A DNA stretch of 64,000 nt from Octopus bimaculoides (taxonomy: Eukaryota). This document shows, one piece after another, positions 53,005 through 64,000 of this stretch. A program made the translations under genes and the position numbers. The notes under the pieces are model-generated. The model had not been told where the DNA came from. It made no database searches and saw only the letters and a program-made list of their open reading frames with translations. The stretch's first letter is position 1, and every line of letters begins with the position of its first letter. The stretch covers positions 113,609,916 through 113,673,915 of the forward strand of contig NC_068985.1 of the NCBI RefSeq assembly GCF_001194135.2. The letters run 5' to 3'.

Positions 53005-53437
53005 GGCGCAGGAGTGGCTGTGTGGTAAGTAGCTTGCCTACCAACCACATGGTTCCGGGTTCATTTCCACTGCGTGGCACCTTGGGCAAGTATCTTCTAC
53101 TATAGCCTCGGGTCGACCAAAGCCTTGTGAGTGGATTTGGTAGACGGAAACTGAAAGAAGCCTGTCATATATATGTATATATATATATGTGTGTGTGTNN
53201 NNNNNNNNNNNNNNNNNNNNNNNNNNNNNNNNNNNNNNNNNNNNNNNNNNNNNNNNNNNNNNNNNNNNNNNNNNNNNNNNNNNNNNNNNNNNNNNNNNNN
53301 NNNNNNNNNNNNNNNNNNNNNNNNNNNNNNNNNNNNNNNNNNNNNNNNNNNNNNNNGTCGATTTGCTCGACTAAAGGTGGTGCTCCAGCATGGCCGCAGT
53401 CAAATGACTGAAACAAGTAAAAGAGTAAAAAGAGTAA
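53005..53437 (+). mobile_element. SINE family A copy inserted into an older opposite-strand family A copy
   Basis: Full head and tail present; the host fragment at 52860-53000 resumes after the tail. Confidence 0.8.
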
Positions 53438-53449
53438 ACCACTACTGGT

Positions 53450-53482
<33 letters not shown>

Positions 53483-53651
53483 CAAATACTAATGTGTCCA
53501 TCTGTTCTAATTTAATTAAATTCTATGTCTTTGTGCAGCTGAGGATTGCTCTGCATTTTAAATTGATGTAATGATTGCATTGTTCAATTAAATGGAGTTG
53601 CATGAAACAATTGTACAGTATTACCTCTAGATATCCCTGTTGCTTATTTTG

Positions 53652-53682
<31 letters not shown>

Positions 53683-53904
53683 TATATTATTAAAAACATC
53701 TTAATTCGGCTCTGTGTGACTCAAAATTTTGTGGGCCTTCAACTCTTTCAGAAGCCCATCTCCTACTGGCTTTAGGTTACCAAATGAAGAAATACAGGAA
53801 GTCCAAGATGGCTACCAAAAATGGGCCACTATTGGTCAAGGTGGGTCAATTGTTATTTTCACTTGAAGCCAAACTGTTTTAAATAATACAAGCAACTCCT
53901 ACTA

Positions 53905-54150
53905 CATGTGTTGAGTGGCCCTTTTCGTTTGTATGTCCACTCACTCATATATATATATGTAACCACATGTGCTGTTGTTCTTTTTTTTCCTTCTTTGGAC
54001 TTTTCCATTTTCTTTTCCGACAAAGAACTATGCTCAAAACGTCAAAAACTCTCTCTTCTTATTGAGCGTCAGACTAATACATTCTATGTGCACATCCTTT
54101 TGTTGTTTGTTATTTTTAATGTTCATTTATTTGATTTGACTATAGATATC
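53905..54150 (+). mobile_element. Possible Penelope-like element 3' remnant
   Basis: ccgacaaagaactatgctcaaaacgtc resembles the PLE terminal motif ctgaNgaagNgcNNNgctcgaaacgt; short and decayed. Confidence 0.35.
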
Positions 54151-54314
54151 ATCATCATCATCATCGTTTAATGTCCTCCTTCCATGCTGGCATGGGTTGG
54201 GCAGTTTGGCAGGAACTGACCAGGCAGAAGACTGCACCATGCTTCTGTGTCTGTTTTGGCATGGTTTTTACGGCTGGATGCCCTTCCTAACACCAACCAC
54301 TCAGCAGAGTGGGC

Positions 54315-54353
<39 letters not shown>

Positions 54354-55358
54354 ATAAAGACAGGTTTCTTTCAGTTTCTGTCTACCATATCCTCTCACAA
54401 AGCTTTGTTTGGCCTGGGGCTATATTAAAAAGACACCAGCCCGCCCAAGATGCAATATAGGGGGATTGAACCCATAACCAATGAGGTTGGGAAGTAAACT
54501 TCTTACCATGCACCAACACTTTATAAATATATATAACCCATGCTAGCTCATGTCCAACTCATGCTAGCAAAGAAAGCGGACGTTAAATGATGATGATGAT
54601 GATGATGATGATGATATATATGAATAATCACAATCTCCCAGTCACCCAGCTGTGAATTTAGGTGGTAGGAGGAGTGGATGGGTTGGATGACATGAGACAA
54701 ATAATAAAAATGAGACAGCGGAGAAGAAAAAAAACAACAGCAACATCATGAAACATCCTGTCTGTTCTATCCATCTGAACACCTTTTTCTTTTTAGGTAA
54801 CCACTTAAAAAGTCTTGGAGAAGGAGAATAGCATTACATTAACCTTGACTGACCCTTCTGTTGACCAACCAGCATCACTGAAAGGAATTTCATTGAAAGC
54901 TATGAAAGGCAGGAGGTCGCTACTGACATTAGCAGAGAATTGTCCAGGACAACTTTGTTTGGACATTAAAAACTCAAGTGTCAGTCTAAATATAGCAGAC
55001 TGATTTTAGATAATTGATATTGGTGAATGTGTACGTGTACTGTATGTGTGTTGTCTAACTATGTAAGCGTGTGAAAATATCTGCATGCTGTGTTGTTTAG
55101 TTGACATACTTGACACCTTTCATTTTCAATGTTGTAGTTGTAGAAATTGGGGGAGAAAATAATAAAAAAAGAATGGTTGTGTAGGCGCAAGAATTACTGT
55201 GTGGTTAAGAAGCTTGCTAGGTAACCATGCAATTCCAGGTTCAGTCTCACACCATGGCATCTTGGGCAAGTGTCTTTTACTACAGCCCTGGCCCGACCAG
55301 TGTCTTGTGAGTGAATTAAGTAGATGGAAACTTTGGAAGTCCACCATGTGTGTGTGAA

Positions 55359-55394
<36 letters not shown>

Positions 55395-56019
55395 GATATA
55401 TTGACATAAGAATTTATAAACGTCTAAAAGAATGTGAAATAATTTTGTTGTTCATCATTATCATCTTCCTCCTCCTCCTTTAATGTCTGTTTTCCATGCT
55501 AGCATGAGTTGGACGGTTTGACCGGAGCTGGCAAGCTAGAGAGCTGCATTAAATTCCTGTCTGATTTGGCTTGGTTTCTATAGTTGGATGTCCTTCCTAA
55601 TGCCAACCACTTTACATTGTGTGCTGGGTTCTTTGAACACGGTGTCGCACGAGCACTATTACAAGCCACCAGCATGAGTGCTTTCTACATGGCACAGGAC
55701 TTTTGTAGGCCAATCCTCTTCATCAGGGGGAGCAGTCTTAACACCTCTGTTGTGTAGGATGGGTCTTCTTGAGTACACTATAAATATCATGTAATTATTG
55801 GGTTGAAAAACCCTTTAAGATATCATTTATAACTTCATCACTTGCCTTGAGATTCATTATCCTCAAAAAGACAATAGCTTTGTGTGTCCATCATTTTAAA
55901 GTTTATCTCTTTTATTTTTTAAAGTTGCAAATTGTGTGATTTGNNNNNNNNNNNNNNNNNNNNNNNNNNNNNNNNNNNNNNNNNNNNNNNNNNNNNNNNN
56001 NNNNNNNNNNNNNNNNNNN

Positions 56020-56083
<64 letters not shown>

Positions 56084-56229
56084 ATGCACATGTGTGTGGC
56101 GGAACAGTTGAGAGATAACAAAACTGTCACTTATAGGAAATATAGGCAGCACAAGTTTTAACAAAAAGCATTTCAGTTTATGAAATCCAGACATAATAAC
56201 ATCAGTAGTAGTAGTAGTCGTAGTAGTGC

Positions 56230-56888
56230 TGGTGGTAGTAATCCTGTCTACTATTGGCACAAGGCCTGAAATTTTGGGAGAGGAGGCCAGACCATTGCAT
56301 CACCCACAGTACCTGACTAGTACTTATTTCATCATCCCTGAAAGGACGGAAAGTGAAGTTGTTCTTGGCAGAATTTGAACTCAGAACATGGTGCTAGGTG
56401 TTTTGACCGGTGTGCTAACAATTCTGCCAGCTCACTGCCTTACCAAACTACTAATACTACTACCAATGTTAATTACAACAACAATGATAATAATGATAGT
56501 TTCAAATTTAGGCACAAGGCCAGCAATTTTGGGTAAGACGGTTAATTGATTACATCGACTCCAGAGTGCAACTGGTACTTATTTTATCAACCCTGAAAGG
56601 ATGAAAGGCTGCTAAGCACTTTGCCCAGTGTGCTAACGATCCCGCTAGCTTGCCTTAATAATAATAAATAATCCTTTCTACTATAGGCACAAGGTGTGAA
56701 ATTTTTTTGGGAGGGGACAAGTTGATTACATCGACCCCACCCAGTGTTTCACTGGTATTAATCTATTGACCCTGAGAGGACGAAAGGCAAAGTTGACGTC
56801 AGTGGAATTTGAATTCAGAACGTAGCAATAAGCGAAATACCGCTAAGCACTTTGCTTGGCATACTAACGATTCTGCCAGCTCACCGCC

Positions 56889-56921
<33 letters not shown>

Positions 56922-57125
56922 GTTCAAATTTTGGGGGTGGGGATTAGTCGATTACATTGAGTTCAAAGTTCAAATGATATTTATTTTATCAACTCCAAAA
57001 CGATGGAAAGTAAAGTCAGCCTTTACAGAATTTAAGCTCAGATCAGACAGACGGACAAAATGCCGCTAAGCCTGATTACGCTAATGATTCTGTCAGCTTG
57101 CTGCCTTGAACAATGATGATGATAA
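56230..57125 (-). mobile_element. Head-to-tail array of about 4 SINE family C copies
   Basis: Same structure as 9150-11170. Similar clusters at about 19462-19875 (+), 21995-22500 (-), 23100-23720 (-) and 34450-34880 (-). Confidence 0.85.
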
Positions 57126-57221
57126 TAATAATGAGAAAAAGAAGAAAATAAAAAGAAGTAGAAGAAGACAAGGAAAAAATAAGAAAAAAAGAAGTACAAC
57201 CTAATTTGATGTCAGACTTAC

Positions 57222-57288
57222 CTGGAGGAACCGATAAAGTAAAAATGTAAACCAATTGCTAAGCATTTTTTCTGCTACTGATTCAGTC
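57222..57288 (-). CDS. PlexA: Plexin-A exon 3 ([23 protein letters not shown])
   Basis: Near-identical to plexin-[23 protein letters not shown]. Acceptor ttatttttcag, donor gtaagt; 67 nt. Confidence 0.97.
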
Positions 57289-57545
57289 CTGAAAAATAAA
57301 TGGTAAAGAGAATCAATTAGTTACCATTCTAAAGAACACATTTAGCTAATAATTGACACCTTTCACCTGCAACATCTCTCTCTCTTTTTCCATCTCTTTA
57401 ATATTCTACAAGACTTAATTCTCTTGATACCAATCTTCCCAAAGTTATTGCTAGGATTTATAATACTAATGACCTGTTTTAAAGTCATCTAAATTAAATC
57501 TTTTCATAAAAATTTCATGTTAATCAATGCTCTAATTAGCTTAAT

Positions 57546-57918
57546 TCTTTTACTTGTTTCAGTCATTTGACTGTGGCCATGCTGGGGCACCACCTTTAGT
57601 CGAACAAATCGATTCCAGGACTTATTCGTTGTAAGCCTAGTACTTATTCTATTGATCTGTTTTGCTGAACTGCTAAGTTACAGGGATGTAAACACACCAA
57701 CATTGGTTGCCAAGTGATGGAGGGGGGGGGGACAAACACAGACACACACACACATATACAACAGGCTTCTTTTCAGTTTCCGTCTACCAAATCCACTCAC
57801 AAGGCTTTAGTCGGCCTGAGGCTATTGTAGAAGACACTCGCCCAAGGTGCTATGTAGTGGGACTGAACCTGCATCCATGTGATTGGGAAGCAAGCTTCTT
57901 ACCACGCAGCCACTCCTG
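57546..57918 (-). mobile_element. SINE family A copy
   Basis: Full-length reverse-complement copy; partial minus-strand copies at about 7050-7250, 14740-14910, 47100-47480 and 54340-54510. Confidence 0.85.
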
Positions 57919-58752
57919 TTCAATGGTTTCAAATTTTGACACAGGGCCAGCAGTTTTTGAGAGGAGAGGAAGTCAGTTGCACTGATCCCAATACTTGAGT
58001 GGTGCTTATTTTATTGACCCCAAAAGGACGAAAAGCAAAGTTATCCTTGGTAGAATTGGGACTCAAAACACAAAGATGGATGAAATGCTACCAAGCATTT
58101 GTTTGGAGTGTTAATGGTTCTGCCAACTCACTACCTTTATCAGTTTAATAATGACAAAGTTGTTTTACTAAATAATTCTTTTACATCCATAAGAGATACT
58201 TTCTCAAAACGAATACTGCAGTTTAGAAGGCTTTCAATAATATGTACACTTAAAATATATATATATATACAGATTGCAAATTTTGAATTCTTACTATTTC
58301 CGTCACTAATAATGAATTTTCATTCAGCCTGCCAGCTAAATGCAACATCAGTGATCTTATCACTGTTTAACTACATCAGCTAGTTAAACAGCACTATCTA
58401 ACTACATCTAACTACATGTGGTGATGAGGATATTTACTACTGATGAACCTAACAAGCAGAAACCAAGTGGTCACTCTTCCCCATAATGCCAAAGGTCCAA
58501 CTGCAGGATGATGTATATTTGCTTTTCCATGCTTGCCTGGATTGGACACAATTTGTCGAGGATTTTCTGCAGATTTTCTGTAGCCTGGTGCCTTTCGTGT
58601 CACAAACACTCAACTGTTTTTGAACAAAGTAATATTTCCCTATTGCAGGACATGTTTTTCACAGATGTTCAGAAATGAACAACCTAATTTGTATGACAGT
58701 AATGACCATTTACATCGCATGATGCTAAGATAAGGGTGGACACACACGTTAT

Positions 58753-58983
58753 GGCGGCGAGCTGGCAGAAACGTTAGCACGCCGGGCGAAATGCTTAGCG
58801 GTATTTCGTCTGCCGCTACGTTCTGAGTTCAAATTCCGCCGAGGTCGATTTTGCCTTTCATCCTTTCGGGGTCGATTAAATAAGTACCAGTTACGCAATG
58901 GGGTCGATATAATCGACTTAATCCGTTTGTCTGTCCTTGTTTGTCCCCTCTGTGTGTAGCCCCTTGTGGGTAGTAAAGAAATA
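58753..58983 (+). mobile_element. tRNA-head SINE family C with Meta/MESC-like core, young full-length copy
   Basis: Head ggcggcgagctggcagaaacgttagc, B-box gagttcaaattcc, core gcctttcatcctttcggggtcgattaaataagtaccag. Resemblance to the Meta/MESC domain is from memory. Confidence 0.8.
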
Positions 58984-59357
58984 ACACACGTTGTGTGTGT
59001 GCTTGTGTGACAGGATTCTTACAGCTATGTCTACCAAATCCACTCACAAGGCTTTTATTGGTCCAGAGCTACAGCAGAAGGTGCCATGCAGTGGGACTGA
59101 ACATGAAACCACACAGGCAGGAAGCAAGCTTCATAGCCACACAGCCACAGCTGTGGTAAGATTAAATAACAGCAACAAACAAGTAGATGTACACACAATT
59201 AAAGCAGAAATACACACGTATATACACACAATGTAAATATTTTAGAAAGAGTGAGTGAGAGAGAGAGAAAGAGAGAGAGAAAGGGGGGAGAAAACAGACA
59301 GACAGAGAAGGAGGTGGAGGACAAAACTAAATTACATCCTCTTCCACCTCTACTTAC

Positions 59358-59435
59358 CTTCGGAGCAGTAATTTGGGGTGATTATTGCCTTCAATGGAAC
59401 GCTTTATTAAATCCTCCAGCAATGTCTTTAGAATG
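59358..59435 (-). CDS. PlexA: Plexin-A exon 2 (ILKTLLEDLIKRSIEGNNHPKLLLR)
   Basis: HPKLLLRR GAP arginine motif. Acceptor atcatttcag, donor gtaagt; 78 nt, phase 2 to 2, in frame with both neighbours. Confidence 0.96.
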
Positions 59436-60879
59436 CTGAAATGATAAGAAAATAAAGTTTCAAATTGAGATGTCTATTAACGAATCATCTATTACATGTC
59501 TGAAGTATTTAGAATTATTTCAAGAATTTAAGCCCGCATTGGAGTAGAAATTAGAAGTTGCTTTGTGTGTTTTTGTTTTTAGTTTTTGAAACCAGAGAGA
59601 AACTGTTAGTTTTTAATTTATTTATTTATTCTTTTTTCAGTGTAGTTCTGAATTGTTGTCACTGGTGCTGGTCTGCAGTCACCAGACGATCCATCAACGT
59701 GAGGGGAGATGCCACGCTTCTCCGTGAACTCTTTAACTATGGCTGCTCGTCTTCCCATCCATGTTACGATAGTAGGGTAGGTTATCGGTGCAGTTTTTTT
59801 GGCAGAGCAAGCAGAGTGCTGCTAAACCACTGTCCTTGAAGATTCACTGCTATGTCCTACAATATAATTTCTTGAATCACACACACACACACACTTTAGG
59901 CAGTTAGCACTTATTTGAATTTCACATTCCTGTGAATTTCAAATAATTATATGTGAGATGCCAGCTGCAATAACCATAAATAACTCTTGCCCTGCAGCAT
60001 TAAGAACTCCTAAACTTCTCACCTGTAGCTTCATATACCATATACATTATACACACATATGTGTGTGTGTGTGTATGTGTGTGTGTGTTTATATATATAT
60101 ATATATATAGATATAGATACTTGCTACTGATGAAGCTCAAAAAAGCAGAAATCCAAATTTAGCAATGTTACTGCTGTGTGATTTTCACCTGCTGCTGATA
60201 CATATGTGTTTTTTAACACTATACATCTTGAAGAGGTGCTTTCTTGAGATAAATACTGCAGTTTAAAAAAGGATTGCAACAGTATGTATGGTTTAAATAG
60301 GATATACAAATCACTAATTTAAACTAATACAGTGTCCATCACAAATAATAAATATATGTGTGTGTGTCCATATATCTTAAGATTGCTAATAATTTTTACA
60401 GAACAATACAATTATTCTTGTTGTGTCCATCTACTTTTGAGCAGAAGCATCAGTAAGCTTTATTTCCAAAATGTTAAGAATATATCTTGAACTTTATTCT
60501 AAAGTTTCTATAGAGAAACAAACAGCACATGGTCTCTCAGTCAAACACTTTAAATATATATGAGATGCAGATATGCTATTTAGTGTAATTCTGTAAAAGA
60601 TTATATGCTTAGTTTTCTCGAAAATAATAGCAGTGTTATAAATCCATGAATAAAACATGCAGGACAAGCAACCACAGGATTGTAATTTCAGCTTAGTTGT
60701 GTCTCATTCAGATGCAGTGCAGTGACGCTCACCGTTACTTTTTCAGTAAAATTTTATATTTGTAGTCTAGATAATTTAAGAAAATCATTTGGTAGTGGCA
60801 ATTACAGCATGAAGAAAATTACATAACATTAAAATATGAAGGACGTTATGTAAATTATATTATAGATGTAAGAATTAAT

Positions 60880-61339
60880 GAAGAGAGAGGAGAATATAGT
60901 GAGGATGAAGGAGGAGATGGAATATAATGTGAGGTGAAGAGGGAGGGAGAAAGAAAGGGAGGGGAAATATAGTGAGGGAGAAGGGAAGGAAGAGAGAGAG
61001 AGAGAGAGAGAGGGCGGAATATAGTGAGGGAGAGGAAGAAAGGGAGATGGAAATATAGTGTGGGAGAGAAGGAAATATTGTGTGAAGAGAGAGAGAGAGA
61101 GGTAGAGAGAGGGAGGGGGAAATATAGTGTGTGGGAGGAAGGAAAAAAAAGAGGAAATGTAGTGTGAGGGATAAAGAGAAGGGGTAGGAAGAGAGGGGGA
61201 AGAAGAAAGAGGGGGAGGAAAAGAGAGGGGGAAGAAGAAAGAGGGGAGGAAAAGAGAGGGGGAGGAAAAGAGAGGGGAAAAGAGAGGGGGAAGAGCAAGG
61301 AAGAAGAAGAGTCAGGGAGAGAGAAAAAGAGAGGAAGAG
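60880..61339. repeat. Polypurine/polypyrimidine tract with decayed minisatellite
   Basis: Almost only G/A on the plus strand; about 8 copies of gaaatatagtgWg, then ggggaagaagaaaga / ggaggaaaagaga units. Confidence 0.9.
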
Positions 61340-61496
61340 CTACGAAGACAGAGATTTGATAATTGAAAATGCTCGATGCAATACGTTGAAAAATTCCTCC
61401 TGGCAGGAGAAAAAAAATGGGGCCCAGAGCACACCTGGTGGTGTAAACTATGTCTGATTGCAAAGTAACAGAGAAAAAATGGAACCCAGAACTCAC

Positions 61497-61687
61497 CTGG
61501 TGGCGTAAACCATGTCTGATTGCAAAGTAACAGAGATCAAAGATGCAACTTTGACTCGATCCCGCATTGTGAATGACTGGTGTGCCTCTAAAGTGCGTAT
61601 AAACGTTAACAAGAATGTTGCATTCTTTATCAACTGCATGAAAAGCTGAAGAGGCTTGCTGTTTAGATTGGATGAGTTGGGCTGATA
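61497..61687 (-). CDS. PlexA: Plexin-A cytoplasmic region, exon 1 of 13 visible (YQPNSS...[39 protein letters not shown])
   Basis: Manual translation matches the plexin-A GAP N-segment motif FLLxFIRTLE...RDRxxVASLI. Acceptor tctctttgcag, donor gtgagt; 191 nt, phase 0 to phase 2. Confidence 0.95.
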
Positions 61688-61814
61688 CTGCAAAGAGAAA
61701 TAATAAAACAAAACCACAAATAAATAAGCTTTTAGAATATTGGTAAACTTACTATAGGGGAAACTAGGGACATTACAAGACAATAACAATTGATTGGGAA
61801 ATGCATATGCATGC

Positions 61815-62410
61815 ATATAAATGACTATTGCTCTCAGCTATGGTCACCAACCAGTGTCAAATTAATCTCAGAACTTGAGGCAATCCAACGAAGCTACACG
61901 AAGAAGATAGCCTCTATGCAGCATATAAGCTATTGGGAAAGACTCAAGAGATTAAGACTCTATTCCTTAGAGAATAGACGAGAAAGATATGCCATAATAT
62001 ACATCTGGAAGATCCTTGAAGGAATTGTCCCAAACTTTGGCATCGAAAGTTACACAAATAAAAGAACTGGACGCCATTGCATAGTGCCAAGGACTCCAAA
62101 TTTGCCATCAAGATGTACGACAAGGTACTGCAATAGAGGTCCACAGCTCTTCAATATTCCCCCGAAGGACCTGAGAAACCTGCATGTGGTGGATGTAGGT
62201 GTCTTCAAGACGAGGCTGGACCTCTTCCTGTTAGGTGTCCCAGATGAACCAACTTCACGGCAGGAGGTGCAGATGAGAGCAGCTGCATCAAACTCTCTCA
62301 TGCACCAAATTTCAATTCCTGAAGTAAAATTGTGTAGCAACACCAAATGGCGGTGCCCCAGCATGGCCACAGCTAATGAGCTGAAACTAGATAAAATGAA
62401 AAAAAAAAAT
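61815..62410 (+). mobile_element. 5'-truncated CR1-like LINE, end of ORF2 plus 3' tail
   Basis: YCSQLWSP...LEAIQR...YWERLKRLRLYSLE.RRER...GPQLFN...FKTRLD...VPDEP...AASNSL is typical of the post-RT C-terminus of CR1-group LINEs; followed by an A-rich tail. Antisense to plexin. Confidence 0.8.
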
Positions 62411-62544
62411 GAAAATATATATATATATATAATAATATTAGGGACAAAATCCAAAATTACAGGTAAAAACTCAATTAAAATCATTTGGAAGTCATATAGT
62501 GGATTTTCATCGATGAGTTCTTGAAACTTGGTTATTTTCCCTAA

Positions 62545-62582
<38 letters not shown>

Positions 62583-62747
62583 NNNNNNNNNNNNNCATCA
62601 TCGTTTAACGTCTGCTTTCCATGCTAGCATGGGTTGGACGATTTGACTGAGGACTGGTGAAACCAGATGGCAACACCAGGCTCCAATCTAATTTGGCAGA
62701 GTTTCTACAGCTGGATGCCCTTCCTAATGCCAACCACTCAGAGAGTG

Positions 62748-62779
<32 letters not shown>

Positions 62780-63271
62780 TGTATATAATAAAACATATAG
62801 AAGCACTCCGTCAATTACGACCATGAAGGTTCCAGGTGATATGATCAACCGAACAACTTACTCGTGAAATTAATGTGCAAGCGGCTGAGAACTCCACAGA
62901 CATGAGTACCCTTAACGTAGTTCTCTGGGAGATTCTGTGTGACACAGAGTGTGACAAAGCTGGCCCCTTGAAATACTGGTACTACTCATTTTTGCCAGCT
63001 GAGTGGACTGGAACAACATGAAATAAAGTGTCTTGCTCAAGGACACAGTGCATCGCTGGGGATTGAACTTACAACCTTATGATCGTAAGCTGAATGCCCT
63101 AACCACCAAGCCATGTGCCTTCACTTATGTATGTATATGTAATATATATACATATATGTGTAAATGGATGCAGAAATGGCAGTGTGATTTAAGAAGTTCA
63201 CAGAGTTTTGCATCTTGTATAAGATACTCAATTTCTAATGCTTCCCTACAGAACATAAATATCACAAACTA

Positions 63272-63481
63272 CTGCATTTTCAAGTATACAAATCAATGTG
63301 GCATAAAGTGCAAACAATGTGTAAGTATTCAAACAACTTCACTATCTTTCCAAATCCCGATGCATTTCACGTGGCATTTTCAGTCCTCCAAAGTTGATTT
63401 GGTGTACAAGTTGACCTGTCTTGTTTTTTGGCTATAAATTTTGGTCCAAAAAAAATTTGACTTGTGTACCAGAAAATACAG
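63272..63481. mobile_element. pogo/Tigger-like MITE
   Basis: TA flanks; TIRs ctgcattttcaagtatacaaatcaa versus reverse complement ctgtattttctggtacacaagtcaa. Confidence 0.65.
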
Positions 63482-64000
63482 TATAGAACAGAAACAATAT
63501 AAAAGTTAGCTACACTTGTAAAAAGAACAAAAAAAATCCATAAAACACAAGATACAATTGCTATAGAACAATATACCAAATTAAATTTATACATTATATT
63601 GGTTATTTGTAGCTTGCTATCAAGTTTACATGCTTGTGGTGTTTTGTTAATAAGCAGGTTTTTGTTCATATTGTTTTTGTAATATACTATTGTCAGTTTA
63701 TGGCTTGGTCTAAAGCATTTGGTGTTTTATTTTATGAGATCTTTTGCTTATGTATTTCACTGTTGTAAACCTTCCATACACTTTATTCATAAAATACACT
63801 TTTACCATTATCATTTCATGTAGTTTTCTGTGCTCTGCAAAGGGTCAAATGGAAATTTGTTGAGGCAGATTTTCTATGGGCAAATGCCCTTCTTGTCACC
63901 AACACCTTCCTATTTATAAGCAAGGTGATATTTCCCCCATAGCCAGACAGGTTTCTTGCAGAAGACTCTAAACAAACAGCATCACTTGTATGACAGTAAT

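Noticed and set aside
54797-55003. Plus-strand acceptor followed by a 62-aa ORF
   Set aside because: The frame has a stop between the acceptor and the ORF, there is no recognisable homology, and there is no clear donor.
58420-58445. GTGATGA...CTGA as a C/D-box snoRNA
   Set aside because: The boxes are only about 14 nt apart, antisense to the host gene, and there is no terminal stem.
58753-58850. tRNA-like sequences at SINE 5' ends
   Set aside because: They have A/B boxes but no complete cloverleaf and continue directly into SINE bodies; not called as tRNA genes.
60855-61496. 213-aa minus-strand ORF
   Set aside because: It consists of the duplicated exon end plus the low-complexity pyrimidine tract (S/L/P/F-rich), not a gene.
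61790-62524. 244-aa plus-strand ORF as a host gene
   Set aside because: It is the C-terminal part of a LINE ORF2 running into the tail and flanking repeats.

Overview
Eukaryotic, AT-rich, repeat-dense genomic DNA from a gapped short-read assembly. The SINE repertoire and microsatellite load point to an octopus (coleoid cephalopod) genome; this is an inference. The only recognisable host gene is on the minus strand: 13 small GT-AG exons between 61687 and 9010 splice in frame (1563 nt, 521 codons) into the cytoplasmic region of a class-A plexin. That region comprises the split RasGAP/RapGAP domain, with the LLLRRTES and LPLRFW catalytic-arginine motifs intact, and the Rho-GTPase-binding domain. 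The 5' part of the gene lies beyond position 64000. The expected last coding exon is not visible and probably sits in the 100-N gap at 8637-8736. The rest is intron or downstream sequence filled with several tRNA-head SINE families, decayed RTE- and CR1-like LINEs, piggyBac/hAT/Tc1-pogo MITEs, a Helentron-type element and microsatellites. I found no convincing new biological system. The best leads are possible splice-regulatory architecture in one plexin intron (a duplicated 5' splice site, a 571-nt AG-free tract with repeated branch-point-like motifs, a candidate poison micro-exon), in-frame tandem acceptors, divergent RBD motifs, an orphan terminal-exon-like ORF at 211-596, and direct evidence of modular SINE tails and SINE/LINE tail sharing.
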